A DNA stretch of 14,515 nucleotides from an uncultured Deferribacteres bacterium (lineage in GTDB: Bacteria; Zhuqueibacterota; Zhuqueibacteria; Zhuqueibacterales; Geothermadaptataceae). The stretch covers positions 1 through 14,515 of the forward strand of contig CAXHAT010000199.1 in the NCBI GenBank assembly GCA_964014485.1, in the 5' to 3' direction. The notes beneath the pieces are model-generated. The model saw nothing but the letters and a program-made list of their open reading frames with translations. It was not told where the DNA came from and did not search any database. How positions within the stretch are numbered: the first letter of the stretch is position 1; every line of letters starts with the position of its first letter. Both the position numbers and the translations under genes were made by a program. Shown here one piece after another: positions 1 to 7,333 of the stretch.

Positions 1-17
1 ATGTGTTTAAGAGACAG
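1..17 (+). other. Probable Tn5/Nextera mosaic-end adapter remnant (artefact)
   Basis: ATGTGTTTAAGAGACAG matches 16 of the last 17 nt of the mosaic end AGATGTGTATAAGAGACAG, exactly at the sequence start. Confidence 0.8.
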
Positions 18-124
18 CCTATAAGCCGGAAGACGAAGATTATGACAAACTTCTCAAGCACGTCGGCGGCTTAAAAAAGGGAGAAACCAAGGTCGTCCCG
101 CCAGGATTTGTTGAAAACTTATGA
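18..124 (+). CDS. 3' fragment of a hypothetical protein (5' truncated)
   Basis: Open frame from 20 reads YKPEDEDYDKLLKHVGGLKKGETKVVPPGFVENL and stops at TGA 122-124. Protein-like composition; not in the ORF track. Confidence 0.6.
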
Positions 125-253
125 GACAGGCTCCAGACAAGCGCCTTAATCTTTGTTTTTCGCGTTTAGTTGTTTTAAAATAGAACACAATCAAGAATCG
201 CAGGCTTGGCATTTTCTTGCCGAACAAAGGTATAAACACGGGCAAAGCTATAA

Positions 254-670
254 ATGGCGCTTGATGTTCGCTGGAAACAACGATTTCAAAATTTTGATCG
301 CGCCGTAAAGTTGCTGCGCGAACCGATTGAACAAGGTGTGGAAAGTTTGTCGGCATTGGAACGCGAAGGGATGGTTCAACGCTTTGAATTTGCGCTTGAG
401 CTTGCGTCGAAAACGCTCAAAGATTACCTCGAAAACGAGGGCAATATGATCAATCCCATTACGCCGCGAAACGTAATAAAGGCGGCGTTCGCAGCCAGAG
501 TTATTGACGACGGCCAGATTTGGATTGACATGCTCGATCATCGTAATTTGCTTTCACATACATATGATTCGCGTACATTCGAAGAAGCCGTAATCGCCAT
601 TCGTGATCGATATCAGCCGGAATTCGAAGCGTTGCACAATTGGCTTAAGAAACGCAGCCAGGAATCATGA
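254..670 (+). CDS. HEPN-domain protein, HI0074 family (nucleotidyltransferase substrate-binding subunit; putative HepT-like RNase toxin)
   Basis: Family-typical RWKQRFQNF and EGMVQRFEFALEL..KTLKDYL segments. HEPN RX4HXY motif RNLLSHTY. ATGA overlap with the downstream MNT gene. Confidence 0.92.
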   Translation: MALDVRWKQRFQNFDRAVKLLREPIEQGVESLSALEREGMVQRFEFALELASKTLKDYLENEGNMINPITPRNVIKAAFAARVIDDGQIWIDMLDHRNLLSHTYDSRTFEEAVIAIRDRYQPEFEALHNWLKKRSQES

Positions 671-966
671 CGAGCCATAGTTTGAGCGAACGAGAATGGT
701 CTCTAATCCGCGGCGTTCTCTCTAAACATCCTGAAATTACGAGCGCCATCCTTTTTGGTTCGCGCGCCAAAGGCTTGGCCGCGCCGTCTTCCGATATCGA
801 TTTGGCGCTTGAAGGCGTTGAAGACCCGCTTTATGCTGAAGCCGTCGCAAGCGAATTAGAAGAACTGCCGCTGCCGTATCATTTTGACGTCAAAGCTTTG
901 TCCGCGATTAAATCCGAGCCGCTGCGAGAACACATCATGAGAGTCGGAGTGAAAATATACAGCTAA
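667..966 (+). CDS. Minimal nucleotidyltransferase (MNT, HI0073/MntA-like antitoxin)
   Basis: LFGSRAKG.....SDIDL matches the GSX10DXD motif, third Asp in YHFDV, 99 aa, coupled to the HEPN gene. Confidence 0.92.
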   Translation: MTSHSLSEREWSLIRGVLSKHPEITSAILFGSRAKGLAAPSSDIDLALEGVEDPLYAEAVASELEELPLPYHFDVKALSAIKSEPLREHIMRVGVKIYS

Positions 967-1017
967 TAATCTTGATGATTCAAGAACGTACTTTCTTGAA
1001 AGATATTTGGAAGGAGG

Positions 1018-2115
1018 ATGAAGAAATTGCGCAAGAAGTATCGGTTTTTGTTGATTTTTTGCTTGACCGTGCTCTGGGCGAACGTTGGAGCGCAGGACGC
1101 TCCCTTTGATGAACTTGACGGCAAATTTTTGTACGAAGATTTCGCCGGCTGCGCGCGATGCCACGGCTTGGACGGCAAGGGCGCCGTCGAAGGACTGGAG
1201 CTGGCTGACGAGCCGCCGGATTTTACCGATTGCAGCTTCAACACTCGCGAGCCGCGCAAAGACTGGCGCGCCGTGATCAACCACAGCGGTACAGCGCGCG
1301 GACTTTCCGAAACCATGCCCGCCTACGGTGAAGCCCTGAGCCCGGAACAAGTCGAAGCCATTATCGACTACATTAAAACTTTCTGCGAAGAAACTGGCTG
1401 GCCGCCGGGGGAATTGAACTTCAGAAGGCCGCAAATCACAACCAAAGCCTTCCCGGAGAATGAAGCGGTTTTTACTCAGTCTTTCGAACCGGTCAAAGAC
1501 TCGGACGTCGAAGTCGCTGTTTCAAAGTTCATCTACGAGCGTCGTCTCGGCAAACGCTCGCAGTGGGAAGTTGCGCTGCCGCTGACCGCAGGATTTGGCT
1601 CCGGCGCTTCGAGCGGCGTCGGCAACATCGAGCTTGGCCTGAAACACGTGCTCGCCTACAACCCCGCCGGGCGCAGTATTTTCAGCGGCGGCGTGGAAAC
1701 TGCTTTGCCCGCTATCAATTCCGGTGCAGGCAATGAAACCTTCGGCGTTGCGGCGTTTCTTGCCGCGGCAAAAGGCTTTGACGCTTTTGCATTGCAATCG
1801 AGCGTGAAATTCGAAGCGCCGCTGGAATCATCCAAAGGCGAGAAAGAACTATTTTGGAACACAGCGCTCACATTGCCGCTGACGAATGAGAAAAAAGGAT
1901 TCTATCCGATGGTCGAGTTCAGCGGCGTTCACGAATTGGATTCTGACGAAAATACGCTTTTAATCACGCCGCAAATTTACTTTGCGTTCGTCAAGAGCGG
2001 GCACATTGCCCTTTCTCTCGGCGGGCAAGTGCCGGTCGCTGGTCATCGTAAAAACGATTTTCGACTCGTCGCATTTTTTCTATGGGAATATGTCGACGGC
2101 GGACTTTGGTGGTGA
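1018..2115 (+). CDS. Secreted monoheme c-type cytochrome fused to a predicted outer-membrane beta-barrel
   Basis: Signal peptide ending ..VGA/QD. CARCH heme motif at nt 1150-1164 and distal MPAY Met at 1315. The C-terminal ~220 aa has about 12 amphipathic strand-like segments (WEVALP, GVGNIELGLKH, FSGGVETALP, ITPQIYF, LSLGGQVP, RLVAFFLWEY). The AGGAGG abuts the ATG, so TTG 1027 is an alternative start. Confidence 0.8.
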   Translation: MKKLRKKYRFLLIFCLTVLWANVGAQDAPFDELDGKFLYEDFAGCARCHGLDGKGAVEGLELADEPPDFTDCSFNTREPRKDWRAVINHSGTARGLSETMPAYGEALSPEQVEAIIDYIKTFCEETGWPPGELNFRRPQITTKAFPENEAVFTQSFEPVKDSDVEVAVSKFIYERRLGKRSQWEVALPLTAGFGSGASSGVGNIELGLKHVLAYNPAGRSIFSGGVETALPAINSGAGNETFGVAAFLAAAKGFDAFALQSSVKFEAPLESSKGEKELFWNTALTLPLTNEKKGFYPMVEFSGVHELDSDENTLLITPQIYFAFVKSGHIALSLGGQVPVAGHRKNDFRLVAFFLWEYVDGGLWW

Positions 2116-2116
2116 T

Positions 2117-2551
2117 GTGAACGACGAAAAAACGCTGATCGATAAAATTCGCGGTTTCATTCTGGCCATTTTTCTTTTCGCAATGCTCGGAGCCGGGACG
2201 GAACTCTTGCTGCTGGAGCATACCGAAGATTATTGGCAGCTCACGCCATTGCTTTTAATGGCGGGTTGCCTTCTCGTTCTTGGCTGGCACGCCAAGGCGC
2301 GTGCAAAAACGAGCTTGCGCGCCTTTCAGGTCGTGATGCTACTATTCATCGTCGGCGGGTTTGCCGGATTGATTTTGCATTTTCAGGGTAACATGGAATT
2401 CGAACTGGAAATGTACCCGTCTATTGAAACGACGGAGTTAATTTGGAAATCCCTCAAAGGCGCAACCCCGGCGTTGGCTCCGGGCGCGATGATCCAGCTT
2501 GGTTTGTTAGGGCTGGCGTTTACCTACCGACATCCAATTTTAAATCAGTAG
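2117..2551 (+). CDS. Hypothetical integral membrane protein (about 4 TM, 144 aa)
   Basis: GTG at 2117, 1 nt after the cytochrome stop, in frame with track ORF 1982..2551 whose 5' part overlaps the cytochrome gene. Four hydrophobic segments. ELLLLEH and LHFQGNMEFELE lie at helix ends. Confidence 0.8.
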   Translation: MNDEKTLIDKIRGFILAIFLFAMLGAGTELLLLEHTEDYWQLTPLLLMAGCLLVLGWHAKARAKTSLRAFQVVMLLFIVGGFAGLILHFQGNMEFELEMYPSIETTELIWKSLKGATPALAPGAMIQLGLLGLAFTYRHPILNQ

Positions 2552-2640
2552 AAGCTGTCCAAAAACATCGATTTTCCAATAGACTCTCATATGTTCGGGA
2601 TTAACTTGGAACTGATTTTTTTCACGTTTTGGAACAGCCC
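2552..2640. mobile_element. Degenerate MITE-like element with terminal inverted repeats
   Basis: Left AAGCTGTCCAAAA (2552-2564) and right TTTTGGAACAGCCC (2627-2640) form an imperfect IR, similar in style to the ends at 3351-3468. Confidence 0.4.
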
Positions 2641-2670
2641 CGGCTTCAAAAAAATTAAAAGGACGACGCG

Positions 2671-3330
2671 ATGAAAAATCTTGGAAAACCGTTTTTAGGC
2701 TTAATGACCATAGCGTTTTTGATCTTCTGCTTTTCTGGAGCAGTCTCCGGACAAGTCGGTAAAAACCAGGGCGCGCTCAATCCGAATTTGGCGGGCGAAA
2801 AAGAATTAGCGGCATTGCCGCACATGACCGAAGCGCTGGTAGAAGGCGTGATGGAAAAGCGTCCGTTCCTCAGCATGACGGATCTGAACGCTTACTTGAG
2901 CGAAACGCTTTCGGAAGAAGCGTGCGGTGAGCTTTACGCCAAACTTTTCGTTCCGATCAATTTGAACACGGCGACGCGCGAGGAAATCTTGCTCGTTCCC
3001 GGCGTTGGGAAACGCATGGCGCATGAGTTCGAAGAATATCGCCCGTATCGCGCGATGGCGCAATTTCGGCGCGAAATCGCCAAGTATGTTGACGATAAGG
3101 AGCTGGCTCGTCTGGCGCAATTCGTTTTCGTCCCCGTTGAATTGAACACGGCCAGCGATGAAGACATTTTGAGCATCCCGGGGATCGGCAAAAGAATGTT
3201 GCACGAGTTCAAAGAATACCGGCCGTACAAAGACATCAAACAATTTCAGCGTGAAATCGCCAAGTATGTCGATAAAAAGGAATTAGCCCGGCTTGAGCGC
3301 TATGTGACGCTGGCTGAGAAAAAAGATTGA
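2671..3330 (+). CDS. Secreted protein with three ComEA/PsbU-like helix-hairpin-helix repeats
   Basis: AAGGA RBS and signal peptide (..AVSG/Q). INLNTATREEILLVPGVG and VELNTASDEDILSIPGIG HhH units, plus a diverged first unit LNPNLAGEKELAALPHM. Confidence 0.85.
   Translation: MKNLGKPFLGLMTIAFLIFCFSGAVSGQVGKNQGALNPNLAGEKELAALPHMTEALVEGVMEKRPFLSMTDLNAYLSETLSEEACGELYAKLFVPINLNTATREEILLVPGVGKRMAHEFEEYRPYRAMAQFRREIAKYVDDKELARLAQFVFVPVELNTASDEDILSIPGIGKRMLHEFKEYRPYKDIKQFQREIAKYVDKKELARLERYVTLAEKKD
2947..3306 (+). repeat. Intragenic tandem duplication, 2 x 180 bp (60 aa)
   Basis: 2947-3126 vs 3127-3306: 41 of 60 residues identical by manual alignment. Confidence 0.9.
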
Positions 3331-3350
3331 CGGCGATTTTCACAAGTAAG

Positions 3351-3468
3351 GTGCTGCCCCCCAAAATGGTCTCTGAATGAATGGCATACCACGTGTAGGG
3401 ATTCAAAATTTTGAACCCCTACGACATGTTGTGTCTCACTCTAAAAATCTTATGTTTTGAGGCAGCCC
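3351..3468. mobile_element. MITE-like element containing a central GTAG-type REP palindrome
   Basis: Left GCTGCCCCCCAAAA and right TTTTGAGGCAGC form an imperfect IR. A 28-bp palindrome lies in the middle. Confidence 0.5.
3395..3422. repeat. GTAG-family REP-like palindrome
   Basis: GTAGGGATTCAAAATTTTGAACCCCTAC, palindromic except for one pair, with GTAG/CTAC ends. Confidence 0.75.
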
Positions 3469-3610
3469 TTCCAATTGCTCGTTCAGCCACAATTCAGTTT
3501 CAAATGATAGCTTCAATCCGGGAACTGGAATCCACTCCTTTGCACGCTCTCCCCTCCCACGCTTCCAATCAATCGGAATAAATGAAACAACATCGTTCGA
3601 GGAAGATTCC

Positions 3611-4621
3611 GTGCTGCGCAAATCCACATTATTCGCTTCTGTTCGAATAGTCCTTTTCTTGTTATGGGGCGCCGTTTTTCTCTTCGCCGGGTGCAGAAGC
3701 GACCGGCCCAAAGCGCCGCGACTCAAGGTTGTTGAAAACCGTCAGCCTGTCCCTGAGTTTTCCATTCCCAACAAAAAGCCGGGCGAAAAGTACGTCTATT
3801 TTATCGCCTTGGGCGACCAGGGAAAGGGCGGCGATCCGCAACGGCGCGTCGCCAAATTGATGGATGAGAAAGCGCAAAAAGATTCTTTGCATTTCATCAT
3901 CACCCTCGGCGATAATTTTTACGGCGACGGCGTGACTTCAGTAGAAGACCCGCAATGGATTCAAAAATTTGAAGAAATGTACGATCTGCCCCACTTGCAA
4001 ACGCCCTTCTACCCCACGCTTGGCAACCATGATCATCACGACGGCAACGGCAAGCACCAAATAGAATACGCCAAGCTCAACGACAAATGGCGCATGCCGC
4101 ATTACTACTATACTTTTTCAAAACCACTGGATAACGGCGCTTCCATCCAATTCTTCGCCATCGACACAGACGTGCTCAGAAAAAAAAGAAGATGGGACGA
4201 TGAACAGCTTGCGTGGCTCGAAAACGAATTGGCGGTTTCAACCGCAACCTGGAAAATTGTCTATGGGCATCATCCGGTTTACACATACGGCAAACACGGC
4301 GATGAAAAACGTATGATTCAGCGCGTACTCCCTCTGTTAAAAAAATACAAAGCCGACGCTTTTATTGCCGGCCACGAACACGACCGGCAATTGATTGAGC
4401 GCGACGGTATGTACTATATAATCTCCGGCACCGGATCAAAAACGCGCGACACGCGGTATGGCGAGCACACGATTTTCGCTGAGACGAATCTCGGCTTTGC
4501 CTGGTTTCGCGCGTCGGAAAGCGAGTTGCACATGCAATTCATCAACCGATACGGCGAAATTGAATACGCGCATACCTGGACGAAAGACGCCGGGGCGAAA
4601 GAATCTTTAAGTTTGCGATAA
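3611..4621 (+). CDS. Purple acid phosphatase / tartrate-resistant acid phosphatase-type metallophosphoesterase, probable lipoprotein
   Basis: All five motifs present: GDQG, GDNFY, GNHD, VYGHH, GHEH. Lipobox-like LFAGC. GAGG upstream of the GTG start. Confidence 0.9.
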   Translation: MLRKSTLFASVRIVLFLLWGAVFLFAGCRSDRPKAPRLKVVENRQPVPEFSIPNKKPGEKYVYFIALGDQGKGGDPQRRVAKLMDEKAQKDSLHFIITLGDNFYGDGVTSVEDPQWIQKFEEMYDLPHLQTPFYPTLGNHDHHDGNGKHQIEYAKLNDKWRMPHYYYTFSKPLDNGASIQFFAIDTDVLRKKRRWDDEQLAWLENELAVSTATWKIVYGHHPVYTYGKHGDEKRMIQRVLPLLKKYKADAFIAGHEHDRQLIERDGMYYIISGTGSKTRDTRYGEHTIFAETNLGFAWFRASESELHMQFINRYGEIEYAHTWTKDAGAKESLSLR

Positions 4622-4656
4622 TTCTATAAAACCGGATCATAAAGGAAGAGTTTTCC

Positions 4657-5493
4657 ATGAAAAAGCGTTCCATTGTTCTTGCCGTTATCGCAGCAATTTC
4701 ATTTGATGCGCAAACTCTGCCAAAACTGCTCGCTCAAGAGCAGAAACATTTTCAAAGCTCGGCTCTCGAAAAGCAAAAGAATATCGAAAGCGGTTCTCAT
4801 CAAAGCGCTCCGTTCTACCGCAGCCGGATTTTCAAGACGCTTGCATTTGCTGGGACGGCGATAGCCTTGCGCGAGTTTGCAGACGGCACGACAGACAAAG
4901 AATATGGCGTTGAGCAAGATTTTAAACCGTTTGGCTTGCCCAAAACCCTCTCGAATATCGGGGAGGTCTACGACGAATTCGGCAGCAAAAGATCAGTTAT
5001 TGCATTGTCCGGATCGGCGTTGGCCGGCGGTTTGGCCTTCGGAGACAAGAAGCTAAGAGAAACGTCGATTTTGATCGTCGCTTCTTTAGCGGGCACGATG
5101 GGGATCACCATGACGGGAAAAAGGATCTTCGGCAGGACGCGGCCTTACAAAGAGGTCGGGCCGCATGATTTCAATTTTCTCAAATTCAGCGCAGAGCACC
5201 AATATCAAAGCTTTCCTTCCGGACATACTTCAAGCGTTTTCGCGATGGTGACCGTGGTCGCCAAACAATATCCCAAAACCTGGGTTAAAGTCCCGGCCTA
5301 TCTCATGGGCGTCTCGGTAGCGATGCAAAGAATCGTGAGTCGAAATCACTGGGTTTCAGATACTTTTGTCGGCGGAAGTCTCGGCTATTTTGTCGCTTCT
5401 TTCGCAGTCAAGTATAATAAAAATCGTCAACGGCCGCTTGCCCTAAGACCCTTAATTGCCCCGAATCGTTTGGGAGCGTTAGTGAGCTTTTAG
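4657..5493 (+). CDS. PAP2-family phosphatase
   Basis: C1 KRIFGRTRP, C2 SFPSGH, C3 QRIVSRNHWVSD, hydrophobic helices, AAGGA RBS. Confidence 0.9.
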   Translation: MKKRSIVLAVIAAISFDAQTLPKLLAQEQKHFQSSALEKQKNIESGSHQSAPFYRSRIFKTLAFAGTAIALREFADGTTDKEYGVEQDFKPFGLPKTLSNIGEVYDEFGSKRSVIALSGSALAGGLAFGDKKLRETSILIVASLAGTMGITMTGKRIFGRTRPYKEVGPHDFNFLKFSAEHQYQSFPSGHTSSVFAMVTVVAKQYPKTWVKVPAYLMGVSVAMQRIVSRNHWVSDTFVGGSLGYFVASFAVKYNKNRQRPLALRPLIAPNRLGALVSF

Positions 5494-5545
5494 CGCTATA
5501 GGGTCATTTTCCGCCATTTCACGGCAGAACTTTCCAAAATGCTGA

Positions 5546-5898
5546 GAGCGTATTTGGAAAGCCCTTGTCTTGGCATTCCGTAGGAATCTTTTTGGGTCGC
5601 CAGGCATGAACGTTCCGACAGTTGTTGCGGAAAAGTCTAAAAAAGATGCTTACAGCACTCTCTACCTGACACTTTTTTGTAAACTGTATTCTCGAGCCGT
5701 CGAAAGGTTTCGTTTTGTCATTCTGGAAGAATCTTTGTTATCGTCCAGTACAGATCATGCTCAAAAGTTCAAGGATCGGATCAAAAAAGACGTCTCCAGC
5801 ATGACAATTCCGGCCTCTTTCGCCAGTTTTAGAACCTAAACAAAAAATGTCAGGTAGTGAATTACAGTATGACAATTTTGGACTTTCCAAATACGCTC
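5546..5898. mobile_element. MITE family A, copy 1 (141 bp core) interrupted by MITE B
   Basis: 19-bp TIR GAGCGTATTTGGAAAG(C/T)CC ... GGACTTTCCAAATACGCTC flanked by TGA/TGA (5543-5545, 5899-5901). Without the insert it aligns end to end with 10915-11055 (8 differences in 141 nt). Confidence 0.9.
5658..5861. mobile_element. MITE family B, copy 1 (204 bp) nested in MITE A
   Basis: TIR CTCTCTACCTGACACTTTTTTGT ... ACAAAAAATGTCAGGTAGTGAA. Flanking duplication TTACAGCA (5650-5657) / TTACAGTA (5862-5869). Second, inverted copy at 11447-11651. Confidence 0.9.
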
Positions 5899-6031
5899 TG
5901 AGAGAAACAAAGCAAACAAAATCGAAAATCCAAGTAGGGCAACTTTTAGCACAGCCCCTAAAACGCCCCATTCCGAATTGACTTTCAAAGCGGCCGCGTT
6001 GTACAAAACCTGAAAAATCAGGCGCGTTGCG

Positions 6032-6763
6032 ATGTCATTAAAGTCCATTTTCTTGCTCGCAGTCCCGTTGTTCTGCAACTGCGGCGGCAATAATCCGCTC
6101 TCCCCGCTTGAACTCATTAACGAGTTCAATCTCAGCATTCCCGAACCTTCAGGGCTGACACTCGGCAAAAACAAACAATCGCTCTGGGTTGTGAACGATC
6201 CCCCAAACAATGAAATCTACGAAATTACGCTTGAAGGCGCCGTCATCCGCAAGCTTAGTTTCAAAGGCGATGATCTTGAAGGCGTTACGTACGACAGCGA
6301 CAATGACGTTCTCTGGGTTGCAGAAGAGCAAAAACGCGAAGTGCTGCAAATTGCGCTTGACGGAACCGTGCTTACACGTCGCGCCGTCAACGTGGATAAC
6401 TCGAAGGATCAAGGCTTGGAAGGAATTTTTCTGAGCCGAACGGGAACATTGTGGGTGGTAAATGAAAAAAAACCGGGCAGACTGATCTCTCTAAATACAA
6501 ATTTTCAAATCGACGGAGAATTCCCTCTGAATTTCGCCAAAGATTATTCCGGACTTTGCCAAGCTGAAAATGAACGGCAAATCTGGATCATCAGCGATGA
6601 AAGCGAAAAACTTGTGCTGTGGGATAAAGATTCCGGGGTCAAGAAAATGTACGAGCTTCCCTTCAAAAAAGCCGAGGGCGTTGCAGTCGACTCCGCCCAA
6701 AATCTCGTTTATATCGTGAGCGACAGCGAAGAAAAGCTGTACATATTCAGGCTAGGTCATTGA
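6032..6763 (+). CDS. SdiA-regulated/YjiK-like beta-propeller protein, possible lipoprotein
   Basis: Repeating blades EPSGLT..LWVVND, DLEGVT..LWVAEE, GLEGI..LWVVNEK, DYSGL..IWIISDES, KAEGVA..VYIVSD. Short signal ending in FCNC. Confidence 0.8.
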   Translation: MSLKSIFLLAVPLFCNCGGNNPLSPLELINEFNLSIPEPSGLTLGKNKQSLWVVNDPPNNEIYEITLEGAVIRKLSFKGDDLEGVTYDSDNDVLWVAEEQKREVLQIALDGTVLTRRAVNVDNSKDQGLEGIFLSRTGTLWVVNEKKPGRLISLNTNFQIDGEFPLNFAKDYSGLCQAENERQIWIISDESEKLVLWDKDSGVKKMYELPFKKAEGVAVDSAQNLVYIVSDSEEKLYIFRLGH

Positions 6764-7333
6764 AGGCGCGCTTAAACCTCGCGGCTCATTTTTGCCGTCA
6801 AACCAAAACGATTTCAAGTCCAAGGGGATAACGTCATCAATTGCAAGAGCGCGGTCTGCATGGAGATTGTACGCGCTGAGCAACTCATCCATGTTCTGCC
6901 GGAATTTATTTAAAAGAGGCTCGGATTGCCGCCCGCTGTTGAGCTCATGCCGTACTGTTACGATCAAATCGCCGATTTTTTCACTGTAATAATTACACAT
7001 AGAAACGTGAATCAGGTTATCAACCAAAGCGGAAATTTTTTCTTCATTTCTGTTTAGCGCATCCGCTGCTTTTTTTTCATTAAAGCTCGCCAGCCTCTTT
7101 TGTAAACTTTTGTTCACGCCAAGATAGGAGAATTGCGAGCGCGGCTTCTCGTGAAAATCGGTTTTGGGCGCGAACTCAGACATAATGTGACGTTCAGTTT
7201 TTTCACGCTCGTTCGATTCCATGCCACGATGCGATGCATAGCGCAGCGTGTTCGATTTTTTTATGTATTCGACCATAATCATCAGGTCGAAGCTGGAGAA
7301 ATATATAAGTTCAATCATGATGATCTCGTTCAT
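6752..7333 (-). CDS. Hypothetical protein (start uncertain: 7333, 7222 or 7183)
   Basis: Long open frame with a helical, protein-like C-terminal ~140 aa, downstream of and co-oriented with the two-component pair. 12-nt convergent overlap with the upstream + gene. No recognised motif. Confidence 0.55.
   Translation of the reverse strand: MNEIIMIELIYFSSFDLMIMVEYIKKSNTLRYASHRGMESNEREKTERHIMSEFAPKTDFHEKPRSQFSYLGVNKSLQKRLASFNEKKAADALNRNEEKISALVDNLIHVSMCNYYSEKIGDLIVTVRHELNSGRQSEPLLNKFRQNMDELLSAYNLHADRALAIDDVIPLDLKSFWFDGKNEPRGLSAPSMT

Noticed and set aside
207..221. Sigma54-like TGGCA..TTGC upstream of the HEPN gene
   Set aside because: GG-GC spacing is 9 nt rather than the required 10.
856..1434. 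192-aa - strand ORF and other antisense ORFs over the called genes
   Set aside because: Shadow frames of well-supported genes on the opposite strand.
1982..2116. 5' extension of the membrane-protein ORF in the track
   Set aside because: It overlaps the cytochrome gene by 134 nt; GTG 2117 directly after the stop is more plausible.
5570..5971. ORFs 5570..5839 (+) and 5738..5971 (-)
   Set aside because: They lie in or across MITEs A/B and are chance frames of non-coding repeats.
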